Notes under the pieces: generated by a model
The model's input: the letters and a program-made list of their open reading frames with translations, nothing else
The model's database searches: none
Told to the model about the DNA's origin: nothing
Program-made: the position numbers and the translations under genes
Shown here: piece after piece, positions 13,467 through 26,365 of the stretch
Position numbering within the stretch: the stretch's first letter is position 1
Layout: each line of letters starts with the position of its first letter
DNA from: Octopus sinensis
Taxonomy: Eukaryota
Reading direction: 5' to 3'
DNA: 64,000 bases
NCBI RefSeq assembly: GCF_006345805.1
Contig: NC_043021.1
Coordinates: forward strand, 5,456,001 to 5,520,000

Positions 13467-13531
13467 ATATATGTGTATATGTGTGTGTGTGTATATATGT
13501 GTATATGTGTGTGTGTATATATGTGTATATA

Positions 13532-13564
<33 letters not shown>

Positions 13565-14485
13565 GTGTGTGTGTGTATATATATATATATGTCTGTCTCT
13601 CTCTGTATCTATCTCTTCCTCTCCCTACCTCTCTATCTATTTCACTATTTTCTCTGTCTGTCTGTCTGTCTGTTAGTCTGTTCCTTTCCCCCTCTCTTCC
13701 TCAAGTCAATCTAAGCTATCTAGTATGGAATGTGCAGTAATGACAAACCCCTCTATTCCCCCTCTCATATTTCCCCCCCTCTTCTTGCTCTCCATACTTC
13801 CCTCTCCTCTCCTATCATATTCTACAACCCCGTGCCCTTCTCCCTAATCCCACCCCATCATCTTTCGCTATGCACTTTACTTTGATTTTTAACCTGAAGT
13901 AGATACCTTAATAACATTCATCTAACCCCCTATCCTCCCTTGCCCTCCCTCCCTCTCTCCCCAACATTCTCCCTTTTAACCTTCTGATATATGAGCACCT
14001 TCAGAGACTAATTACTTACCAAAAATAGACAAGGACCCTAAACCCTTTCCCTCACCGCTACCAAAAAGCCACATTTTAATGATAATTATAAATAGACATA
14101 TAATATTTTCTTTTATGTTTAGTCCACATGGTTGACAACCCTTACACACACGCACACACACTGTGCCTTTTGGAATCCGTGCCTCTCTGGCAAAACCCTT
14201 AAGAGGGGTTGTATTTTTAAACACTGTTGTTGTGCAAAATTTAGCATGAGTCAATCAGAAGACCCATTTTTAAGCAGTGTTACGGTTCTATTTATGATTT
14301 CTTACATGTAAGCATAGGAATGGCTGTGTTGGTAAGGCTTTGTGGTTTAGGGTTCAGTCCCACTGCTTGGCACCTTGGGCAGGTGTCTTCTTCAATAGCC
14401 CCAGACCGATTAATGCCTTGTGAGTGAATTTGGTAGACAAAAACTGTGAGAAGCCCATCATGTGTGTGTACGTATATATATATGT

Positions 14486-14750
14486 GGAGGCGCAATGGCC
14501 CAGTGGTTAGGGCAGCGGACTCGCGGTCGTAGGATCGCGGTTTCGATTCCCAGACTGGGCGTTGTGAGTGTTTATTGAACGAAAACACCTAAAGGTCCAC
14601 GAGGCTCCGGCAGGGGGTGGTTGCAATCCCTGCTGCACTCTTTCGCCACAATTTTCTCTCACTCATTAAGTATGAGTGAAACACTGGGGTTGATGTAATT
14701 GACTAGTCCTCTCCCCACAAATTTCAGGCCTTGTGCCTTTAGTAGAAAGG

Positions 14751-14789
<39 letters not shown>

Positions 14790-14790
14790 T
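14486..14790 (+). mobile_element. tRNA-derived SINE with intact Pol III A and B boxes
   Basis: A box TGGCCCAGTGG (14496-14506), B box GGTTTCGATTCC (14539-14550). It continues into a repeat body and (ATT)n tail, so it is not a tRNA gene. Confidence 0.7.
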
Positions 14791-14920
14791 TTTCCTTCTT
14801 TCTTCAAATTTTCTTCCGTTTCTTGCTGAGTGTTTTCCATACACCTAGGGCAGAGAAGCTCATTGTATGCATTCCCAGATTACACACGCAAATTCACAGA
14901 TAAATTATTATTATTAGATA

Positions 14921-14951
<31 letters not shown>

Positions 14952-15839
14952 CATTACTATTATTATTAAAGTGGTGAGCTGGCAGGATTGTTTGCCTGCC
15001 AGGCAAATTGTTTAGTGGCATTTTGTCCAACTTTACATTCTGAGTTCAGATTCTGCTGAGGTCAACTTTGTCTTTTCATCCTTGTGGGGTCAGTAAAATA
15101 AGTGGCAGTTGAACACTGGGATTGATGTAATCGACTTAAACCCCCCCCCGAAATTACTGGCCTTGTGCCAAAATTTGAAACCATTATTATTATTATTATT
15201 ATAGTCATTATTATTAGTATTTTGTCAAGGTCAACTTTGCTTTTCATCCTTTTTGAGGTGGTTAAATTAAATACCAGCTAAGCACTAGGGTTGATGTAAT
15301 CCACTTAGTCCATCTCCTGAAATTGCTGGTCTTCTGCCAGAATTTGAAACCATCATCATCATCATCATCATCATCACCATCATCATGAATACTTATTTGC
15401 AAAATGTCTGAGGATTGCCTTTCCTAGCTTGGAGCTTAACGTAATGGAATGGTGATAAATAATGTTATGTGTGTACTAATGCTTGTTTTTATTACTTTGC
15501 TTGTCTTGTGTTGGTTTAAAAGGGTTACATACCTGCACCTAAATGTTTTCAGGCAATCAACCATATGCTCACCTGCATTCCTCAGTGAACTTTATATTTT
15601 TCTCTTCAATCCGCTAATGAACGCAATCAACCGTAAGCTTGTTTGGATGGAGTGTTTATGTCTGCATATAGAATTCAGTTTACCTTATGCATGTGTCTGT
15701 CTGTGTCTGTGTGTGTCTGTGTGTATGTGTAAACAAATGTATGTTGGACTTAAATTCTAACACGAGGGAGTTTTGAGTACTGTAATGCTTGTTTTTTGTA
15801 CCCTAAAATAAACAAGCTGTATATATATATGTGTGTGTA

Positions 15840-15881
<42 letters not shown>

Positions 15882-16349
15882 TGCATGCATAGCTCTGTGA
15901 CTTAGAAGCTTACTTCCCACCCATGTGGTTTTGGGTTCAGTCCTACTACACAGAACCTTGGGCATGTTTCTTTTATTTAAGCACCAAAGTATTGTGACTG
16001 GATATAGTGGACAGAAGCTGAAAGAAACTACATATATATATATATTTGTGTGTGTGTGTGTGTTTGTGTATATATATATATATATATATTTCGTTTTTGG
16101 ATTTGGTTTGCAAGATTCTTTATTTGAGTTCATGTATTGAAGCATATTCTGTTGTGCATACGTATGCAAACACATGCTCACACACACACACATACATAGA
16201 AAATACACACACATATATACATACATACACATGCAAACATACACTCACACACACACTTACATGCGTACATGCATGCATGTATAGGCACACACACACACCA
16301 CACACACTGACCCACACACATGCGCACAAACAAACAAAAGGGAACGCAG

Positions 16350-16726
16350 TGTAAATAACGGACAGAGCCAAGACTATTGAAAAGGTTGCATGATGCAATG
16401 AAAATTTTAGGAAAATAAAAATAACAAAAAAGTGGAAATTTTACAAATCCACAATTTTTCAGTTCAAGGGGTCGTGGGTGCACATCTTTACATTTCCCCA
16501 GTCACCCCGCAAAGCCATTTAAAAATCAATAGAAGTGACTTTTTTGTGAATTTTCTATCCAAAACCCAATCAAAATGCCTGAAACTTGATACGCCAATTG
16601 AATGCCAGCTAGCTGTATGTGATTGGTCGGAGATTTGGACAGTACTTGCGTGTATGTGTGCCTGCACACAGCTGTATATGCATGCACTAGCACTATGACC
16701 CGGCGTTGCTGGGTCATAGTGCTAGT
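16350..16726. mobile_element. Helitron-like non-autonomous element ending in a hairpin plus CTAG
   Basis: Terminal cccggcgttgctggg hairpin followed 8 nt later by CTAG|T, the canonical Helitron 3' end geometry. The left boundary is uncertain. Confidence 0.45.
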
Positions 16727-17708
16727 ATTATATATATATATTATATATATATATATATGAAGAAAAAAGCATACTCTTTACAGTAGTGTAGAGATTAATA
16801 ATGTATTTTGTTTTGGTTGAGTTATGACAAGTCATGAGTCATAACTTGCCTGAAGATCTTGTGCACCCACAGGTGAAAACTCAGATTGGCAAGAAACTGA
16901 CTCAACCAAAATAGTGTGTGTGTGTCTGTGTGTGTGAATATTCTTCTCCTTGTCTTGTAATACTTACTGATTGTAAAAAGAAGTCAGCGTCTGTTTTGTT
17001 TACAATCCATCATAAAAGTATATCTGGGCTGTTCAGGGGGAAACCTTACTTTGCTTAAAAACAGGTGAAGGTTGGTGACAAGAAAAGCAACAAGCCCTAG
17101 AAAAATTGTATGCACACACACACACACACACACACATGCACATACAGAGATATACACACAATGGGCTTCCATGCAGTTTCCATCTACTAAATGCACCGAT
17201 AAGGTGTCAGTTGGCCCAGGGCTGTAGTGGAAGACACTTGCCAAAGGAGCCATGCAGTGGGTCTGAACCTAAAATCATATGCTTACAATATGCAACATTT
17301 ATATATATATATATATATACACCTACGAATATCTGTCTGCACAGTTATATACTCACACACTCATACACTTGCACTTATACACTCACATACTCATATTCTT
17401 GCAAATACACCCCCACACACACACACACATAGAGACACAAAGCCATATCTTTATACATGCAGATTTATACATGTGCACTCATATGCACTCACTCCTTCAC
17501 ATTGACACACATGCACACACATATACAGATGCACACGCACACACATATGCAGATGCACACATGCAGATGCACACACACATATAATATTACTAATGACTTT
17601 TTTACTTGGCAGAGAGGAAATGACAGGAAGGAAACTATATCTGCTAAGTAATTTATTTATTTGAGGCTACACAAAACAAGCACTATATACACACATCTAA
17701 TATATATA

Positions 17709-17784
<76 letters not shown>

Positions 17785-17787
17785 CTA

Positions 17788-17824
<37 letters not shown>

Positions 17825-17853
17825 TATATATATATATATATATACATACATAC

Positions 17854-17891
<38 letters not shown>

Positions 17892-18225
17892 TTACACACA
17901 TACACAACATACACATCTATATCTGTATATCTGTCTGTCTGTCTGTCTGTCTCTCTATATATATATATACCCACACCCAACCACCCACTCGCTCTCTCTC
18001 TCTCTCTCTCTCTCCATCCTTCATGAAGTGATGCTGTCTGGATTTCATCTTAACCATTCTTACTGAATACCAGAGCAACATACCTGAGAAGTAGCTGTTA
18101 TTTAAGTTTCACTGATCTATGCAAGTTTCTCAAACTTTATCTTTGAAACGTCTGCTCGTGTTGCCACTCAAACTTTGGCTTGTGTTTCGATGGTGCTATT
18201 CTCTGAGATTTGTTCAATTAATATT

Positions 18226-18260
<35 letters not shown>

Positions 18261-19798
18261 AAGAAAGAGTGTGTGTGTGTCTCTTGTGCTTTGTCTTTGT
18301 TATTCCCCTCCCATCAGTAATTATCTTCCATCTGTTTCGAACATAAGAAAACCTATTATTATGGAACTTTTATCTACTGAAATACTAAAATCTTGTGTGT
18401 TAAAAATATTATCATTCATTTGATAAGATTTTTGCGAAATAAATGAAAAGTGAAAGAAAGAAAGAAAAATTTGATTTATTAAATGAAAGCGGCTTGATAC
18501 GGGTGGTCTTGTGCAGGTGGGTTGGTATGATGGTACAAGAGCTGTTTTTTTTTTTTTATGCTGGATGGGTGTGTTGGTTGTTGAAAGCGTTAACATTTAA
18601 GATTATCTAAAGTAGATATTCGACCCCTCAAAAAAAAAAAAAAATTATAAAAAAGATGTTTGATGTCCCTTGATTCATGTTAATTTAAACAGAACTGTCT
18701 CCTTATTTTTGGCAACCACTTAATTCCTCTGACGAATTGTGTATTTTTATATCTGTATAGTCGGTTGTGCTCTCTTGAAGAAGATCACACACACAAATAT
18801 GTATATATTGTCAAGATACAGCCATACTCCATAGAGTATATCATAACTGGTGGTAGTCTTAGTAAGGTGTTTTTCATCAAAGTGTTCAACAGATTCTATT
18901 ATCTGGGGAGAGTGATTTTCTTTTTGTGCCTTATTATGTAACACACTCACCGGTAAAATTTCCACTTTTTTCTTATTTTTATTTTCCTAAAATTTTCGTT
19001 GTGTCTTGCAACCTTTTCAATAGTCAAAAGGTTGCAACACGCAATGAAAATTGCTGGAGACTATAGTAGAAAACACTTACCCAAGGTGCCATGTTGTGGG
19101 ACTGAACTCAGAGCCCATTGTGTATATATATATATATATATGTATGTATGCGTGTGTGTGTTTGTATTTTTGTGCATCTGTGTTTGTCCCCCAACATCGC
19201 TTGACAACCGATGCTGGTGTGTTTATGTCCCCGTCACTTAGCAGTTTGGCAAAAGAGACCAATAGAATAAGTACTAGGTTTACAAAGAATAAGTCCTGAG
19301 GTCAATTTCTTTGACTAAAGGTGGTGCTCCAGCATGGTCGCAGGTAAATGACTGAAACAAGGGAAAGAGTAAAAGAGTACCATTCAATTACTGGGGTTGA
19401 TGGTATTGACCGGCCGATTGCTCTCAAAATTGTGCCAATGATCTAGAACAATTGTTAGCACATTGGACAAAATGGTTAGCAGTATTTCTTCCTGCTCTTT
19501 ATGTTCAAATTCTGCTGAGTTGACTCTGTCTTTTATCTTTTTGAGCTTGATAGAAGTACCAGTCATGCACTGGGGTTGATGTAATGAACTTGCTCCCTCC
19601 ATGAAATTGCTGGCGTTGTGCTAAAATTTGAAACCATTATTATTAATATTGTTCGACTTTCCTTTCTGGTTAGATAAAATAACTATCAGTCAAATACTGG
19701 GCTTGATGTAACTGACTTGCCCCTTCTCTTAAAATTGCTGGCCTAGTGCCAAAAATCGAGTCAATTATTATTAATATTGTTTTTATTATTATTTTCAG

Positions 19799-19998
19799 AT
19801 GCCCTTTTGGCTGACCTGCAGTCTACAACCGCGCACATTTCGTCATTCCAGCAGCAACAGGCGGAACAGGAACAATACCAGAATCGGCGGCCAGACATAG
19901 TGAGTTCACAGTCGTCTCCGCGCACATCCACCCCATCACCTCTCCCCTCCCAGCTCACCGACCACAACGACACGTCACAGCTGAGGCGCAATGACAAA
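19799..19998 (+). CDS. PXN: Paxillin-family gene, coding exon containing LD1 (probable exon 2)
   Basis: Acceptor ttattattattttcag|AT (phase 1), donor AAA|GTAAGT (phase 0). Reads (D)ALLADLQSTTAHISSFQQQQAEQEQYQNRRP...RRNDK, matching the paxillin N-terminus MDDLDALLADL(E/Q)STT.HIS. The phase-1 intron inside the Asp codon is as I recall for vertebrate PXN. Confidence 0.92.
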
Positions 19999-21019
19999 GT
20001 AAGTTAATCTTCTCACCCTCAACATTGAAATAGTGACCAAGTGGACAGACAAGACCAGGAACCTGTTGTGTGTGTGTGTGTGTGTGTGTGTGTGGAGAAA
20101 TAAAGTATTTACCTGATTCTAGCTTTTTGCGTCTGAGATAGAATTTTTGAGGTCTCAGACACCTTAAAAGTAATCATTACTGCTTGGGATTAAATTTTAG
20201 ACCCTCAGATTGCTTAGAAAATAATCATCTCTGTTTGGGACTAAATTGTAGGGGTTTGGATGTCACCAAAACTAGTCACCCTTGTTGGGATTGAATATTA
20301 GGGTCTCTGATGACCCTTTTGTATTTTACCTCTTTGTTTTGCACCCTCACTCCCAAACAATTCTCCCAATCCAGAGCTGCAACCCTCTGGAGATCATCCT
20401 TACTAAACCTCATTCACACTGATCTCACTTGTCTGGAAATGCCTTTTATAGGCCATTAGCTATGGATACTGCCCCTCATCATTCTCTAAATTATAATAAA
20501 GTAAAATTCACTTTGAAATTCAGAAAGAATTCCGACCCCAGTCATGTGACCCTGGGCTGTCTAAGGACTGCCTTAATGTATGTAATGTCAAAACAAGGAA
20601 ACACACACGTACAACAGGTTTCTTTCAGTTTCCATCTACCAACTCCACTCACAAGGCTTTTGGTTAGCCTGGGGCTTTAGTAGAAGGTCCTTTCTTGAGG
20701 CACCACACTCTGTGATTAGGAAGTAAAGTCAAAGCTGTGTGGTCAGAAAGCAAACTTCTTAGCTGCAGTCACACCTGCCCCTCTAAGGTTCCTTGTGGGT
20801 ATTTAGTGGTGTTTATATGGACCTAGATTTTAAATTCCTGGTTGTTTCATCTACACACAATTGATTGACCTGCAGATGTCCAGGTTGGTCACTGGCCACA
20901 TCAACCTCACCAGTCTGGGTTTAGGCATTACTCTTCTTGTGCCAATATTATTAAAAATCTGTAAAATAACAATAGTACCCAGTCTAATAATTGTGTATCT
21001 TTCTTTCCTCTAAATCCAG

Positions 21020-21434
21020 GCTCATGGGTGTCCCAGTTTGAAACAGCACATTGTCCAAGAGAACTCCACTCACCATCACCACCATCACCACCTTCATCAT
21101 CATCAACAGCAGCAACAACAACAGCAGCATCATCACAGCTACAGCAGCGAAAGGACATCTAGTAGCAGTAGCAACAGTGGTGCCACCTATCATCAGGAGA
21201 GAAGCAGTGCTAGTTCAACCCTTTCTCAATCCAGTCTGCCGGGACTCAGTCCTGTAGGTTACAACAAACCAATCGGATCCGGTTCGGTGAGCAGCGGCAG
21301 CAACAGCAGTCTTGGTGCCAACGCCAGTTCACAGATGTCGTCGACAATCAACAGCAACCTGTCAGAGCTTGACCAGCTCTTGCAGGATTTGAACTCTGCT
21401 CACTTCCTGGATGAAGTCAATCGTAGAACCAATT
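21020..21434 (+). CDS. PXN: Paxillin exon with His/Gln tract, YxxP site (GYNKP) and LD2
   Basis: Acceptor ttctttcctctaaatccag|GCT (phase 0), donor AAT T|GTAAGT (phase 1); 415 nt, in frame with the previous exon. Encodes ...SSTINSNLSELDQLLQDLNSAHF..., matching paxillin LD2 (NLSELDRLLLELN). Confidence 0.92.
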
Positions 21435-21575
21435 GTAAGTCATTTCTCTTTTCGTTTTCTTTCAAAGAATTAAAATGACACAGCATGCATGTAAGGCGCA
21501 GATACACATTGTAAGCACATTACACAAGTTCATATTAAGCTATCTCACACACACAGAGGTTGGAAAGAAAGTCCT

Positions 21576-21850
21576 GTTGTTAGTTAGTTAATTTTTTGGC
21601 TCAAAAAGCAAAGAGCAAGGCCATGTAGGGGGACATGGAGTTATGTACAGGGAGGGTGTTCATGTAAAGAGTTCAGGCCACTTGTGGTCAAGGGAGACTT
21701 TGAACCGAGCGGTCGTCGGCATCTTCACTATCTCGTCCGGCAGCTTATTCCACGGATCCGCAACCCGGACGGAGAAAGCCCCTCTCCTTCGATTGAGATG
21801 AAATCGTCGCGGATAGAGCTTTTCGGAGTGACCCTGCAGCCAACGCTCTG
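21576..21850 (-). mobile_element. CR1-clade LINE 3' fragment (same family as 9397-9630, opposite strand)
   Basis: LQGHSEKLYPRRFHLNRRRGAFSVRVADPWNKLPDEIVKMPTTARFKVSLDHKWPELF; (TAAC)n tail. Confidence 0.8.
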
Positions 21851-22085
21851 GAGCAGGAGTGAAGAACAGCTCTTTCGAGAGGTTACACTTTCTGCTTATG
21901 ATGTTGTATTTCAAGATAGGAGAGTAACAGTTCTTTGGTCATTATTGATATATTTAATCAAGATATTGACAACACAATCTCTCATTTACTGGGCAAATTG
22001 TTGATCTTTCAGATTTAAAGCTTTTCAAGTTTTGAAGCAAAGAAACGTTCGATATCATTTTTAACATCTTCACAATTAAGAAACT

Positions 22086-22353
22086 AAACAATTGCAGCGT
22101 GAAACGTGTTTATGAGCCATTTAAGAAACACACAAAAACTATTAGATTCACTTCAAAATTAAAATTTAATTTGTCAAAATATTTTCGTCGCTTTGAGACA
22201 GCGACTTATTCACTGACAAAACTTCGTGCAGGTCACGGTCTCAATGCGATGAAAATATTTTGACAAATTAAATTTAAATGTTGAAGTGAATCTAACAGTT
22301 TTTTTGTGTGTTTCTTAAATGGCTTATAAACACCTTCCATGTTGCAATTGTTT
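22086..22353. repeat. Fold-back element with about 114-bp imperfect arms and a 38-bp spacer
   Basis: aaacaattgcagc...gctttgagac (22086-22199) versus gtctcaatgc...gttgcaattgttt (22238-22353). Confidence 0.85.
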
Positions 22354-22870
22354 TCGTTCGAGCACACGATCTCAGATCAAGTCACTTGCTATGCAAGTAC
22401 ATCTCTGTAATTAAGAAACTGTTTTCCCTCTAAATAATGTTGCAATGATTTGAAAAGATGATTGCCAGACGGAGCTAGGTCAGGAGAGGGATACACTTAT
22501 ATAGGTGTAAGTACTCTTAGATGCACTCTGTGTGAAATAGGAGTAGAAAGATGGGGTGGTCACTGAGGGAACGTCTTTGATCAGAGTTCTGTTCAATCCA
22601 AGTCAGCTATCATCATTGTCATCATAATCATCACCATCGTTATCATCATCATCTCATCCGTATTATCATTGTCATCATCATCATTGTCGTTGTTGTCACC
22701 ATCATCACCACCACCACCACCACCATTGTCATCGTCATCATTACCAATGTAAACAAATTTCTTAAACAAAAGCAACAAAATAAAACTAAATATTATAATT
22801 TGTGATAAATATTTATTTTTTATTTTCATTGATCATATTCTTTTTTTTTGTATTTTTTCTACAACTGCAG

Positions 22871-23066
22871 CTAATCAATCTCAGTTTGTTAATGGAAACT
22901 CCCAAAGGGTGGTCACATCTCCTGGCCAAGTTCCATCGTCAACTGGGAGCCAACCTGTTCAACCCCCTGTTGCCCCCAAACCAAACCGTGTCGAAACCAA
23001 CAACAGAGCTAATGTGGATGCCATGTTGCACGAACTGGACCATGGAGTCCCGCCCCCTCCCGCTGG
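22871..23066 (+). CDS. PXN: Paxillin exon with PPVAPKP and an LD3-like motif
   Basis: Acceptor tattttttctacaactgcag|CT (phase 1), donor GCT GG|GTAAGT (phase 2); 196 nt. Encodes SNQSQFVNGNSQRVVTSPGQVPSSTGSQPVQPPVAPKPNRVETNNRANVDAMLHELDHGVPPPPAG. VDAMLHELD resembles LD3 (SVESLLDELE). Confidence 0.87.
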
Positions 23067-23819
23067 GTAAGTTCTCTAAGCCACGCCCACCTTTGATTTC
23101 ATTGGCTGGTTGTTGTTAGTGTCTGAATTCTTGTTTTGTATTTTTGGTCTTGATATTTTTTTTCATTTATTTCCATTTCTTTTTCCATCTTTGCTAATGT
23201 CTGAGAATTCTTCAGGCTGTGTTCTCTTGAAAGTCAGGAACGATGCTGCCAATAGATCACCAGGGTTAAGGTGCCTCATGATAATGATTACTGAGGCACC
23301 TCAACATATCTACATGAGGCGCTTCATGATGGATATTTCTTAATATTTCATAACTATATTTTTTTGCTTGTTCCACCACCATTTTTGTTTGTATATTCAG
23401 TAAAATGAAAACCATTTATATATACTGCAGATATAGATCGGATTTAGCTGACTCTGTCACCCTTACATTTTCAAACAGAAATTGAGTTGGGTGTATCGGT
23501 GCTTCCATAGATCTTTGTGTAATAATGTCTTGCTGTCTTGGGTAAATGTTTCATGACAGATAATCTACTTAAATCCATTTGGAGATTTGTTTTTTTTTTG
23601 TATTTTTGTATTATTTTTTTGTTTTTATGTCATTTAGTTATTAGTTGGTACCATCCAATTGTTTGGAGATCTTCTCCAGTGCTCTAGACTTGTGTGATTT
23701 ATAAGATTGATGTGATTGATGGATAGCCTGAACATACGCAAATCAATGTCATCAGTGTAGAATTTGGATGAGAAGAGAAAAGAAAGGTCTGGTGTCTGTG
23801 TGTGCCTGTACAATATATA

Positions 23820-23927
23820 TATAATCAAAATAAGCAACAAGGATATCCAAGGTAGTGTAGTACAATCGTTTCATGCTACAATTGTACTACACTACCTTGG
23901 ATATCCTTGTTGCTTATTTTGATTATA
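23820..23927. repeat. Perfect 47-bp palindrome with a 14-nt loop
   Basis: ataatcaaaataagcaacaaggatatccaaggtagtgtagtacaat followed by its exact reverse complement from 23881. Confidence 0.95.
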
Positions 23928-24022
23928 ATCACCCCATTTGATTTATATGGATAATACCATACAAAATTCTGGTGCCTTTAACTTGAGTACCATATTCATC
24001 TGAATCTAAATTTTGCTGAACT

Positions 24023-24073
<51 letters not shown>

Positions 24074-24378
24074 TGGGTATATACCTTGTAGTGTGCCATT
24101 GAAAGTCCATAAACTGTATTCGGCTACCTGATGTCATCAACAGTATGGATGTAAATGCCACTGGATTTTTTTACAGCAGGAGTTCTTTGGGTCCATCAGG
24201 TATATAAAATATGAGAGAAAGAAAGTGAAATCCCTGAGACTCTTTATTATTCACTATGATCATTTTGACCCATCATGCACCTGTGTTTCATGGGTGAGAT
24301 GCTGTACAAACACTTGTGGCGTATCATAGGTGGCGATGTCTCATCGAGTCACAAGTCACCTGACAACATGCATCTGCA

Positions 24379-24409
<31 letters not shown>

Positions 24410-24430
24410 ATATATATATATATATATATC

Positions 24431-24461
<31 letters not shown>

Positions 24462-24531
24462 GATATGAGGGAATACTATTCCAAACTTACAGAGAAAATT
24501 CAATTTAGAAATACTAAATCAAATTTCACTA

Positions 24532-24567
<36 letters not shown>

Positions 24568-24569
<2 letters not shown>

Positions 24570-24807
24570 TAGAAGAAAAACACCTTTTATCAATTCAATA
24601 ATGAAAAATTAAATTACATATTGTAGAAAGATTAAATATAAGATAAAACATGTAACAATGATTAAATAATGTGCAAAATAATAAATAAAACGTATATTAT
24701 TTAGTCATTGTTATATGTTTTACCTTGTATTTAATCTTTCTATAATATGTAATTTTTCTAAATGGTATAATTTAATTTTTCATTATTGAATTGATAAAAG
24801 GTGTTTT

Positions 24808-24816
<9 letters not shown>
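24568..24816. repeat. (TA)n-flanked fold-back with about 100-bp imperfect arms
   Basis: attagaagaaaaacaccttttatcaattcaataatgaaaaattaaatta versus taatttaatttttcattattgaattgataaaaggtgttttttttctaat. Confidence 0.85.
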
Positions 24817-24844
<28 letters not shown>

Positions 24845-24976
24845 TTAACAATTAAGGATAACTTCTTAATAAGGAATCTTAACAAGAAATTATCAGGTAG
24901 TTAGCGTGAAAAACCTCACAAGAGAAAAGAATTCGAAAATAATTTTTTTCCTTTTGAACATATTAATTATATATAT

Positions 24977-25095
24977 ATTGTATAGAGGGCATTATTACAC
25001 ATAAATGCCTCACACTAAGAGGGACAAAGTCATTTTGGTAGTAATGACTTTGTCCCTCTTAGTGTGAGGCATTTATGTGTAATAATGCCCTCTAT

Positions 25096-25100
<5 letters not shown>
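24977..25100. repeat. (TA)n-flanked perfect 58-bp palindrome with an 8-nt loop
   Basis: attgtatagagggc...gggacaaagtcatt, loop ttggtagt, then aatgactttgtccc...gccctctatacaat. Confidence 0.95.
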
Positions 25101-25140
<40 letters not shown>

Positions 25141-25667
25141 CCTACACAGAAAACTGGAAAAACTTTTTGGTATTATTTATTCCTCATTAAACATGCTTCA
25201 TTACTAATGGTAGTTCTATAGGTATACATGTAGGAAAACATGTAAGGCATCTCCTACTTGTAATTCTTTAGACTGGGAATTGAAATAATGGGGATGCAGA
25301 TTGGATTGTAACCCTATCTACTTACTATTCTGCTCAAATATTATCTACTTCATTAGACATTGCCCCCTCCCACCCACGTGTGTGTGTGTGTGTGTGTGTG
25401 TAGATTAGCTGCCGTTACTCAATTTTATTGTTACACAAATATTCGTTTAATCATTCAGATCTTCGTGAGGGGCAAGAGTTTGAGTTATGCTCATTGAACT
25501 CATTAACTGCTAATCTACATAATATATTAATTGTTTTTTTCCATACAAACTTGTATACATATATGTATGTTTCTACATATGCACATACCTGTGTGTGTGT
25601 ATGTATGTACATATGGATGCTCATATGTATGTATGTACATGTGTATGTGGGTATGTATATATGTATG

Positions 25668-25830
25668 TTGGCTTGGCATGGCAGGTCTTCTCAAGCACAG
25701 CATATTGCCAAAGGCCTCAGTCACTAGTCATTGCCTCTGTGAGGATCAACATTTGAAGATCATGCCTCACCACCTTGTCCCATGTCTTCGTGGATCTTCC
25801 TCATCCACAGCTTCCTTTCACTGGTAGAGA
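25668..25830 (-). mobile_element. RTE-clade LINE 3' fragment
   Basis: The - strand reads GRSTKTWDKVVRHDLQMLILTEAMTSD*GLWQYAVLEKT, like the RTE C-terminal RGRPRKTW.EVV..DL...W motif. Confidence 0.6.
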
Positions 25831-26365
25831 TCAGCACTTCTTCACACAACAGTCCACATCAATATGCACACACACACACACACACACACGCGCGCGCGCA
25901 ATCATATGTATACACAGACATTCATACTCACACACATCCATAGATACATATGCACGCACAATGTACTTTTCAATCAAAAGGCACAGGTTGATACAAAGGA
26001 AGAAAATACTTGCCCGGGTGCCTCACTGAGGGATTGAACACCACACCTCATGGTTGTGAAGCAAGTACTTTAACCACATAACCATCTTTGAGTTCATATG
26101 TTTTAAAGAATTTCTACATTTCAGTTTTGTTACATAACAAACTGTTCATTTCATTGCATCCTCCTTTTAATTTTGTCTGTAGATTCAATAGATTTAATTT
26201 ATTTCTGAGATAAAGAACGACCATTATTATACATTGATCTTTTCAGACTAAGTTCCTTGTCCTCATCTTGTTATTTGTTATGACGGCAGCATTTCAGCTA
26301 TTGTATTCTCCAGCTTTCATCAGGTGCCATATTCAGTAACATTCCAAGAATTTCAAACCAAATCC

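Noticed and set aside
14486-14560. tRNA gene
   Set aside because: A and B boxes are present, but there is no proper acceptor stem or terminator and it runs into a SINE body.
23269-23301. 10-bp hairpin AGGTGCCTCA / TGAGGCACCT
   Set aside because: Too short to interpret in a palindrome-rich region, and too short for a pre-miRNA.
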